A stretch of 64,000 nt of DNA from Ophelia neglecta. Lineage: Eukaryota. This document shows positions 10,501 to 22,500 of this stretch, one piece after another. The position numbers and the translations under genes were made by a program. The stretch covers positions 25,978,001 through 26,042,000 of the forward strand of contig OZ260667.1 in assembly GCA_965285935.1 (NCBI GenBank), given 5' to 3'. Every line of letters begins with the position of its first letter. Position 1 is the stretch's first letter. The notes under the pieces were generated by a model that searched no databases, was not told the origin of the DNA, and saw only the letters and a list, made by a program, of their open reading frames with translations.

Positions 10501-13500
10501 AATGAGGATGCCTCAGGACGCAAAAATTAGGTGCAGCGAAATAATGTATTTACCAAAACCGCCAACTTTCAAGGCCACGAAAATAATGGGTTTTTACATT
10601 AGTACTGTGCAAGCCTAACGCAGGTATATTGATTGGAGTAGAACTTTTTCGTGAAATGTACCAAACTTCACTACGCTGGAAAAATTTTCTGCATTATAGA
10701 TGTTCATATTCGATTCTTGGAATAGGCGCCACCACTTAGAAAGAATACATTTAAGTTTATCCTGGGAATAATTATTTAAATTGTATTTTAGTTCTACAGG
10801 TCAGGGAGGTCGTGACGCCATTTTGCCCCTCCATTTTAAGTAAAAATTTAAAAAAAAGTCAACATTTGAATTGTTTTCATAATCGGTATGAGGTCCTAAA
10901 TAGAAGACATAACTCAATAACATGAAGAAAAACAATGGGTAACCAGGTATCTTTTCCCAAAAAAACTGTCTAATCAAGTAATATCCTAAAGTATATAAAA
11001 TAGCGGATCCATGGCTAATTTTTCTCATCTTAACAATATTTTATATTAGTAATTGAAAAATAATGGTGACCCACTGTTTTCATCAAGTTATTCAATTGTG
11101 GCTTTATATAGTCGTTTCAAATCTCACCACAATTCGACCATTGAAATTTTTGTCAAAATAAATGGGCTTAGAAGCCCAATTTAAAGTCATGACCCCTGAT
11201 TGTATTTCAGGATTAAGGATTTATTTCAAAACAATATTCCCAACCAAGGTCTTTATGTAATATACCTGCGTGTAGAAAGCCAACTTAGTTTTAACTTTTC
11301 TAAATTGTTGCCCCTATTTCATGAAGACATGGTGGACAACCCCCTTAAGATCTATAATGGCTAGCAGTGTTGCTGTGATGGAGATTTAATTAAAAAACGT
11401 ATATGGGAAACTAAAAAACAATTAAATTTATAAAATTAATAACACCGGTAAACTACCTACCAAAATCTTACATAATAGTGAGAAATGAAGGGATCGCTAA
11501 AGTATTGAACCCAATTTAAAAAGAAATCCTAGTATATATCAAGAGTTATGTTATTTCACAATCTTGTTGTACTCAGAAAACAATAAATGTAAAGCCTCAC
11601 CTCCTCCCCCCCCCCCCCCCCCAAACCCATACCCCCACTGTGTTGGCATTCGTCTGCCTAAGCACAGCAGGATTTGCAGCTACTCGGATTACACGGACGA
11701 GTCACTGATGATGGCAATGGGATTCCTGCCCTATTGTGTCCCCTATTGAGTAGAACGCTTCTTGTCAGGCGAAACCCCTCGAACCCTGCTTTTGGAATGA
11801 ATCCTAATGGATCCACCACGTTTTCTCATTTACGGACGAATTACGTTACGTTTGAGTTTGCCATTCAATGCCAGTTCTATTTAGTCAGATTATTGAGCCG
11901 CTGGTACTGACCTTGTAAAGACGACGCAGCTGGGCGATAATAAGTAATGCTCCTTTGTGAGCCCCCAGTAAGCCTAGAAGGCCTTAATTTTGTAGGAACT
12001 GTTTGAGTTTGTTTTGTTATATAAACCAAAAGAACTAGCGCTTGACATCACTTGGAGTTTTGTAGATGTTTTTAAACTATAAAGCTAAACTGTTTGTCAA
12101 CCATTAGTCATGTTGGGTCGGTTTCATCAAAGATGTGACCTCCAGAGAAAACACCTGAGGGACCTCTGAAAAGTCACTTCTACTTACAAGTCGGCATTGC
12201 CGGAAAAAATCATCGATTGTAGTGGTAGGAGTAGGGTTACACAAGAGTGACATAAACAACAAGGTAAACTATTAAATATCGGTATTTACAATTTAGTTTT
12301 GATATTAGTCATTTTATAGAAGTAGAGTAGAAAACTGTCTACCACTTTGCGCTTTCTATGTAGGTTTACATATAATGTTATTTTTTAATGTATGGATTTT
12401 TTTTTACAAATAATGCTATTTTAGATTTACAAATAATGCTATTCTTTAATGTATGAATTTTTAAATGTATGAATTTTGTTATTATTGTAAATTGCACAAT
12501 CCATACGGATATTACAGCAAAGGCAGTGCAAAAATTAGCATGCGAATATGATAGGTGAGTAATAAAATGGTTGAGAGTCAGGATGGCTGGTAGTACTTCC
12601 TCTACTTACGAAATTCGGAAGTTGGTCAAACGGGTGCACCGATAAATCCATCCAATGCTATTTACAACTTAATACTGCTGTGCAGGCCTAAATATACATT
12701 ATATCAAAGTGGCCATGGAAACCTTAATAACTTAAGGATATTTTCTTTTACGCCGATTTTAATACCACCCGGACAAATATTCCTAGTATGGAGAATATTA
12801 ATAAAGTCATTGTCACTGCGAATGCAAGGAAGTAGCTCGTGGTCTTATCCGATGGGAAATTGTGTTCATGGGACGCTGAGAAAAAATATATGGAAGTCTT
12901 TTTCTGCAAGGAACAAGGTTAATCATTTTCACCAGGTAGTGTTGTGCGCGCAACAGGATTTGCTAAGTAATTTCCGTGCGATCGGGCGCAAGAGAAAAAT
13001 GAGCTGCCCGGATAAAGACGCCTTACCGGTGGCGACTAATTGGCTTTCGTAGTATGTCAATATGCTGGCGTGTGAGCGTCCATGGATCAATGTCTGTCGA
13101 TGGCAGCCGACAAAGGCGTTGAGAGGGGCGAAGAAATTGTTATGGAATATATAGGTCGGATGTTAACTTTCGGCTTAAATGGATTGTATTTAAGAGTCTG
13201 TTCTTAAACAGGTATTGCACTTACTGAAACTTTTAGGCCTAGTAGGGGGAACTAGGGTTAGTTCACTTACATTATGTCAAATGTCAATGGGTAAAGAGGA
13301 ACAGAAACAGAAACATGATTAAATAGGTTTAGCAAACATCAGCTATAGTCATTAAATAATCTTCACCATGTAATTAACGATTATCAATTGAAAGAAGACT
13401 TTTTTTTTATTCCGCTCAATGTGGCCTAATTTCGCTCATGACGTACATAGCATTTCTTCGGTCGTGGAGCGAAGGCAAATAAAGGGTGCTGGCATAATAA

Positions 13501-16500
13501 TTAACAGGTCAACTAATTATTTTCATATATTTCATCCAGCCTGTTAAAATAATAAAACCCCGAACTTTGTATCCCAGACTAACATCCTGTTTTGATTGTG
13601 AATTAAAATTTCGATATAGAGATATATAACAGTTCAACGTTTGTTTTCCCAACTCAGCCAAATAGACTAACATCTTGATCAAATTGAGTCCTCTTTTTTT
13701 CCTTTTTGAGGTGGTAGCTACAAAACTGCCTAAAAAGAATTACAAATAAATAATCGTGATCCTGCGGGTTTACAGCTAAAGGTCATGCCATTTCACTCTT
13801 TAACAAAAGTATGTTTTCATTTGAATGGTGCTTGCAAAGAGGTTTCTTCAGACATCGAGAGCCTAAGGAGGAATCACAGTCCGAGGACTAGTCCATTTGC
13901 TCCTAATCGTTATCTTTTGTAAAACGCCTACTGAAAGAAATTGGTGCTCTCAATTACTGCCCTTCTCTCGAACCATTAAAAGCATTCAATAGGTCGACAA
14001 CTTGCTACTGTATATCTCCTCTCCGGCTTCTCCCTTTTCCTCGTGTCATCCTTCACCACAAATGCTAAACAATCCCTTCGATTAAATCTCTGTTTCTGCT
14101 CATTGTAGTTTGTCTTCTCTGGATCCTCTTCCCTCGCCAGTTTCAGACTTATAATTTTCTAGTGGTACCTTTCTAAATGCTGATAACTCGTACTGGCATT
14201 TCACCGACTCTCCTTTAATAGAATCTGCTACCTCGTACTGTCCATTCTCTGACTCTTCATTGTGAGAATCTGCTACCTCGTACTGGTTTTTCTCTGACTC
14301 TTCTTTGTTAGAATCTGCTACCTCGTACTGGCCATTCTCTGACTCTTCCATGTTAGTGTCTGCTTACTCACACTGGACTTTCTCTGACGATTCACTTTAG
14401 AATTTGCTACCTCTTACCATTCTTTGTTAGTGTCCTACCTAGTACTGACTTTTCACTGACTCTCCTATGTTGAAATCTGCTACCTCGTACTGGCCTTTCA
14501 CTAACTCTTCTTAGGCAGCCTCAACTCACTATTAAACAGGACGCAATTATATGGTTATTTATCCAACTAACCCTTACTGTCTGAACAACAAAACAAATAA
14601 AAACAAAGGAAAACAATGAAACCATTTACCTTGCCACCCTCAAGCCCTTCGCCCCGCCTTGTGGTTAACAGGAAGTAAGACCAAAATTCAGCTACTAGTA
14701 GCGTTCACTAGTTAGTAAACCACAATAGCTTCGAGAAAACGAATTCTAAGCGGTAGCCAGTGACATTTTTCGGTGGAATTTAGTCTATGACCGAAATTAC
14801 CCCACTTCCAACTGCACCTGTTTTATACTTGATTGGAACTGATCATTGACTTAATTGAAATCGCTTATAGCAGCTAACAACAACAAAAGTAGACATGTGC
14901 ATTCCAAAATTTTAAAATGGCGCTGTCACAGTGTCCTCTTTTATTATTTAGGACAACATGAAATGTTGTTATGATCGTAATTTCGTGTAATAGACAGACG
15001 ACATTCTATCCAAATGATACTAAGATCTGCTTCTGTATTGCATTATCTGCAGTAGAGGGCATTTGTTAATTCCTGTCATCGTCCCCATTTAGGAAAGGAC
15101 AAAAGCTTGAACGTCATAAGTTTATCTGACCAAATGCCAAATCCTCACCTAAAGTCATAACTCTCAAACCAATAATTCAATTTACACCCAGATTAACAAG
15201 TAGTGTTTTGAAAAGGTTAATTGATAATATAAATGTATAGAATGTTGCCGCAAATGATTGGTAATAACAGAAATAAATCCTATCGAGAATTCTGGAGTTT
15301 GAAAGTTCAGTTATTTTGAATTTTATACATGAAGTGAGTCCCCAAAGTTTGGTGATGGTAAATCCTACTTCTGGGTACACCCCGGAGGCATTTTTGACTG
15401 TATTTTAGTATATGTTTATCCATGGTTAAAATGTAGCCTCTGTTTTTATGCTATGTCCATTGGTATTCAGGATAAATAGAGTGTAAAATCTTAATAAATG
15501 AATACATACACTAACAGACATGCAGATATACACAGACATGGGTGGATACATCAATCATAAGACAAAACAATGACAATATTTCCCCCGAAGAAAACTATCA
15601 TAATAACGAGTCGTCATCTCTGTTTGCAAAGTCAAAAACATTTAAATTAAGTTATTCGCATTATTGTTAATGGGCATTCTTTCCTTAATAGTAATGGGGT
15701 GTTGCCTAAAACCACTATTTAAATGATGAACCGTTTTGTTTCATTCGGAAGTAAGACTAAACGAGAAAGCTTCAAGGGCGTCCGTAAAGGGGGCATTTCT
15801 TCAGTAGACTATGATATTTCTTGATCAAGTTTAAGTTATCTCCCCAAACACATTAATTCATTTAATTATTTATCAATCGTGAAATTCTGTAGATACCCAT
15901 GATCTAATATAATAAAAACAAATAAAACTGTCTTCGCCCAAGGTCAGTAATATTGTCAATTATCAAGGGAAATAATGGTGTCATCGAGAACTGTAATGTG
16001 ATAACGAGATTGGTTTAAACGAAGGGCATCATTTGATCAGATTCACAAAAGAACTTCAGCAGAAGTCTTCTCCTTTACAACATTGAGCAGATTTTGAAGA
16101 TTGCCCCTTCCACTAGTTCAAATTTGCACAAGCAGAGAGAGCCCTAAATCGTTTAGTTGTCTGTCAGAAGTTCTCTGCGCTTAAAGGAGCTCATTGTTAC
16201 ATTGGTAATGCGAAACATACTGCGTTAACTTAGGCGTTGGTTTTGGACATATTCAATGGCAAGGAAAGCGACAAATTCCATGCGTTGATAGGTCTCTTAC
16301 ATTGTTTCATGTCGTTTTCCTTTTTGCAAATAACTTGTTTTTTGGTGTCAAGGACGCGCACCAACAGAGGCAAGTGATTATATTTACAAAGCAGCTAGTT
16401 TTATTTCACCGAAACACGAACCGTTCACTGCGTATTTCATGAACATGTGCCGACTAATGCCAAATTAAACTTTTTCTACAAACCTGATAAAAGTAAATTA

Positions 16501-19500
16501 TGTCTGACTTAATCTCGATTTCATCTCGAAAGTTTCGATTAAGTGACTTTTTTCTCCAAATTTAACCAGAAATACTCTTTAAGAGCTTAACTATAAAAAC
16601 GTTTAATGCGTAACTTTTCTAAACGAGTTTCTTGATTGCAACTATTTTTGCAACTTTTTTCTAGGTAGGCCTATGTTGCAATATTCACAGTTCTTTTATA
16701 AATGAGTGTCTTTATATAATAGGCACGATTCATCTGGGCAACTAAAAGTACATCTATATTATGTCCCTAGTCTAACTGCACAACCGTCTATTCTGTAAGA
16801 GATCATCAAGGTCGTGCCCAATCATTCTTATGCTCTATCACGATTATATACGTTATACTGGGAGTATTTATGTTGGAATTTTTCAGCGATTGTCCGTGTT
16901 AAAGAGAATAAATAATCAACTCATGTTACCATTAGCCGTGAAATTCCCCCCTAGGGAGTCAGCTCGGACAGTATCGTGTTGCAAATGATCGCTTATCGCT
17001 GGCTTACATGTAAATGGGACAGACAAATGCTAAATTGGGGAAAACTGTACCTACAACTGATACATTAAAATAAACGCCTTTTGTTTTCCACGAACACTGA
17101 TGATTGTGGTATAGAGGATTCAGGGTCAGATTTGGTCGGAGGCCGAGTGATTAGGACCCTCTTTTTGGAAGGTCCGATATCCTTACTTTAGAAAGAGGAG
17201 GGTCGGGTTTTAGTTTGTTGAGTGGACTCTCCCGACCACTTACTCCTGTAATTATCATCCCTATTTCTAAATCCTTGGCTGCACGCCGCAAAGCGTTTAC
17301 AGATACAGCTTTAGCTAGAAATCCCTTAGAAGAGAAACTCGTTTGCTGTAGCTTAATCACCCTATTCATTTTGATAAGTACGTTTAAAGTTCTACTATAA
17401 CTAGGTAAACAGAAAGGAAAAGGTGCAAGACGTGAATCTTAATATCTATCTACAGCCTGATTAAGCTCTCATTTTGTGCAACTCTGCGCGGAATCATTTG
17501 TTATGTCCATGCAGTGGCTAAACGTAGATGAGACCGTCATTATAAGAATCAAGAAGAATTATATCATATTTGGTATATAGTACAGACAAAAACGACACAC
17601 AGCATAACGAACACAACTAGGCCTGTATAAGGGACTTTATTGCACACTAATCAATACTTCTAAAATGCCCAGTTTAAAACATTGCCAGCCCCAAACTCGA
17701 CCAATCTCTCAATTCAAGCTGATTCGTAGTTTCCTAGTCCCCTTCATCTGTTTACTTTGATCCATTTGTCTCTTCAGGGGATATTGATAACATTGCAGCA
17801 CAGTCATTTGGAAGCTTTACTGCTATGAGTAGTTCTGAACGTATGACTTGACATAACGAATGCATGTCGTGCTCCGGTCGGGGCTCAGGATGTTCGCTTC
17901 TGTGTTGCCGGGCTCCGGGTGCAAAATGTGATTACAATGTCATCTTCGCCACGAGACCCACAGGAATCATTTGTATTCGTGTGAGGCCCCTTTGATATGA
18001 CTTGGAATTGATAATACGCTTGTTCATGGCTTGACAAGACGACAAACTAGGCCCCACCGAGAAGAATATTGGCAATACCGAATGTATTAGTAGCAAGGTA
18101 TATAATAAAGTTCTAACTTAGGCCATTTGCCCAACCAAATAATCATTTTGACGATAAGACAGGGACATGGGGTGTGATTGATATGGATAAATGTGTGGTT
18201 CCGAAATTTGGAAAGTCGAAGAACCACAGCTCGACAGTCGTGATTTCACAAATGAAAAGGTTAAGAGCCCACCACTGGGCCAGCATTTTGTAGGCTAATG
18301 TCAACTTCTAAATTCTCGAGTGTCAAAAAGGACGCAGCACGTGAATTGTTTGCAGTCGCACCAAAAACTAATGCTTTGAAGTAGAAGTTAGCCTATCTCA
18401 AATAAGGTGTTGAGTGGTCAATACTTATAAATGTTATGTTAAATTAATCTTTGATCTGTTTAAATTTCGAATATTAATTTTTGTAGGTTCATTCGAATTC
18501 AGTAGCCTATACTATTTGTTTAGGGACCATGCAACAATGAAATGCCATCAACGTTCGAAGTAATTTTAGTCGAATACGAGCTGCATGTATTATAGTTTGA
18601 CTGGCCGTTTGTGCGGCTAATTATATACGCTCTCCAAAATAATAAGTAAGATAATTGGTTTGCGGGGATCAGCGTATTTCAAGCACATATCCCCTATGTG
18701 TTTGTACAATGCCCGTCATGAAATAACAAGTAACATTATTTAAGCCAAAAGTTATGGAACTGAATCCACATCGATTTTTTTCAATTTCAAATTTCAATTT
18801 CAAAAAAGTAATCAATAATACAATCAAATACTTTCGATGGATAAGGGTTCACTATTAAATATTGTATTGTTATCGCCCAATCGTTTTTACGCAAGTATCT
18901 GTTAATTAGGTGAGGGGGGGGGGGGGTGAAGGACTGGGGTTTCATTGTTTGATGATACACTATTGCGATGCATAAATTATCATATATTAATCTTAATTAA
19001 CACATATCTTAAAAGTTAAACCCTTATTGATTAGTAACTTAGGGTGTTGAAATAGCTTACCAACTTAAGATGTAATGTCACGGATATAACCGATGGCACA
19101 ATTAGCGTATCTGTGATCTGACACCAAGGTATTCGCTTCTTGTCATCCTCATTGATGCAAATGTCCAAGACACGGGGTAATATCACTACTATTTAATACC
19201 GCCGAACAGGCCGTGCCTAGAAAGGTCATTTTGCATGCAACCAAGTCAATATCCTAGGAAAAAACATAATGGAAACAACCTACGATTTTACTACTATTAC
19301 TGCACAATCTTAAGGCGTTTCCCTCAGCTTCATTCGTTAATATCAATAATACCAGGGCGTTTTAAGTACAGCCATGCTAAATGGGGGTAACCTTCTTGAA
19401 CATGTGAACTACAGTTTCAGAAGTGGCCCCTAGGGCTTTGGAAAAAGGCCACGTTTTATATTTTGCCTTTTTAAGAAAGCCACAATACCTGTGTAGCCAC

Positions 19501-22500
19501 TCATGGGCTAAAGTAGGTAACTACTCGTACACATATTTTATTATGTACAGCCATGTAACTGTGTTCCTTGGCTATATTCAGACAACCGGATTGGTGCAGG
19601 TCATGTTGGTTATCATGGCAACAAAATGAGCCCGACAGCTGTCTTTTCTCCTCATTATGTCAATAGTAAACATCACTAACATCTGCCAGGGGTAAAAGGC
19701 TCAAGCGCATTACCTTAAGGGCAAGATAATCTTATGCCAATTCAACTGCCTACAATGAGTAATTATAAGACACAATCGAGTAGGCAACCCATTAACAGGT
19801 ATCAAGAATCATTATTCTTTAATAGAAAAAAAACATCTCGAAAATCTCAGTGACATTAACCTTCTTTCCACTTTAATTATCTGCTTGAAATTGGGAGCCA
19901 AAGGCCCTGAGTTCATGTTGCCTATTAGATAAATAACACCCCGAGTCCTCTCGCAGAGCCCTCCTCACAAGGTTTCAACCCGAGACTGTCATGTTTAATG
20001 GCATATTACCTGTTACCTATAGGTGTTGCCTTTTAACACTTAATCCCACAAGCAACAAATGTAGAGCAAATATTCGCAAAAGTCGGATTATCTATTTTAT
20101 ACCGATCGGTGAAAATACGTTTATTACTCGCAGTTTATGTTTATACGCCGGAGCAAAAAAGCTGACTGACTTGACTTAATTCTGATTAAATGATGCATTT
20201 GATTATCGTTTTCGGGATTAGGACACACTGGCAGTTGTAATTGGCAAACACAATGGTTCTGGTGAGTACCAGTGCCAGACACTGACAGTGGTGAGTGGCC
20301 AATAAACTGGGTCTGGTAAGTGGAAGACGTACTTGTTCCGGTTAGTGGCAGACATACTGGCTCTGGTTAGTGGCACACTGGCACTTGCTTGTGGGAGGCA
20401 CACCTGCAGTATTTCAAGGCATGACTGACAGATAACAGGAATTTACAGACATGTCTGACAGATAATAGTAATGTCAAAAAGAATGTCCAGAAATGCCTGA
20501 CAGATAACAAGAATGGCCAGAAGATTGTCAAGACATGTATGACAGATAACAGGAATTTACAGACATGTCTGACAGAGAATTGGAATGTCAAGAAGAAAGT
20601 CAAGACATGCCTGACAGATAATAGGAATTTCAAGACATGCCCAGATAATAGGAATGCCAAGACATGCCTGACGGCAGCCTTTAAACCATATAATCTATTA
20701 ATATTGTTTTTAAAGGCAGCCACGTAAACCGTTTGTTATTAAGCATGACATTACCGGTGGGTTTCCCAGAAGCATTAACCAGATATTAATGCAACTTTTA
20801 TGACTAGCGCACTTGTTCTACAATATATATTTATTTTTAACGATCCCGGCTAGAAAATATCAACTGTTTGCGAGATACATTCGAAGAGCGACTTATTTTT
20901 ACATAGCACTGAGTAAAAAGCGACATTTTGTAGTGCGAGGTCTGACCACGTGTTAATAATGGTTAAAAATCGACGTACATAAGGTGTTAACGCCCGTCGT
21001 TGGCGACATCGGTAAACTTTTATCTAGCGAGGCAAAGAGGCTCTCCATTTTGTAGGGACACTTGCACACCCACAAGGTGACGTCCCTGATTAAGTGGACC
21101 CTTTTACACCACAAAGAGGGTACCCTGTTTCAGGGGACCCTTGTTCACCCACAAGGAGGCTCCCCTAATTCAGGTTACCCTTGTACGCCCACAAAGGAAG
21201 CTCCCCTATTTCAGGAAACCCCTGTACACCCATCATTTTCGTGTATGGGACACTGTTGATCATGATTCGTATTCCATTATATGACCATGAAGAAGGGAAT
21301 TGATCTATGGTCTCGGCGGTTGAATGGTGCCAAAACTAGTTAGACCTAACACCTGCCGCTAATAATTGGCGAAGACAGAACTGAATCGAAACACTATGGT
21401 CGTATTTGTAGCCTACCCTATAAGGAATTAAATTGAAAATACAGAAGAAAAAAAGATATTTTGTAAGCCCCAGCTGGTAGGCAAAACATCGATGAACGAA
21501 AGGGAACAGTCACATTATTAGATTGAATATTTCCATCCTGAATTGGGGAGACATGAAGCAGCCGGCAGAATGTATACCCAAAGGATCAAAGCAGTCCTAT
21601 TTTCTCATTTCTATTCATAGCGTTGGTCCACTTGCCTCTGGAGATGGAATGTGTAACTTTTTCCCTCATTCGTACGTTGCCATTCCTGCCTTTTGTTTAG
21701 AACTGTAAATCCCCTTCAGCACAAATCATATTACCAGGTCCTACGCCGCCATGTTGGTCTCGGATTGCAATATTTTCCTCTCCACTTTAACATTTTGTAT
21801 TCTTTATTTGAATAGGCTCCCATAAATTAAATTTTAGACACAAATTGGTGGCAGGTGAATGTTCTTCTAATAGACAAAAGCTCGTCGTGTAGTAAAGGCA
21901 TTTGTCTTTTGGCAGTTAAAGAAACGTAGTAGTCCATACAAATTGTAGACTGCATAAAAGAAGAAACCACAAGAGCAAAACGTTAAACGACTTATAAATT
22001 CTATCCTTTCCCTGATATCACCCAGACTGCCCGATTTCAACACCCACCAAACATTTGCCAATTTGCCAACTTGCCAATGTTATTATGCAGATGTTAGATG
22101 TTTACCTCTGGTTTTGGATCAAACCGTCTGTATAATTATGTGCTCTAATAGAAGGACCACATGTCGTTTGGTCGCAGGAGGTTCAATAGACACGGGCAAA
22201 ACAACACACTCATGAAACAACTTCAATATTTTTGTCGTAGATATAAGGTCAAGATAAAGGGAGATACTAAGTTTAAACGACTAGCCTATGGTAAGGCATC
22301 AACTAGCGGTAGTTAGGTTTTTAGGATCTATGTAATCGATAAGAACATATGTGTATTTCTATTGATTTCCGAAGTTGGGGTTTATGGCTTAAATTTACGT
22401 CCAGGTAATGAATTTGGTTGAAAATAATAATATGGCCATTGAACAAAACCCAGAAGTATTAATGGACTATAGCTGAATTCCTGGGATTTTTAATTTCTTA

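Noticed and set aside
11605-11622. Poly-C/G runs (also ~18915, ~32132 and ~38785) as functional G-quadruplex elements
   Set aside because: Simple homopolymers, common in such genomes and not conserved between the paralogs.
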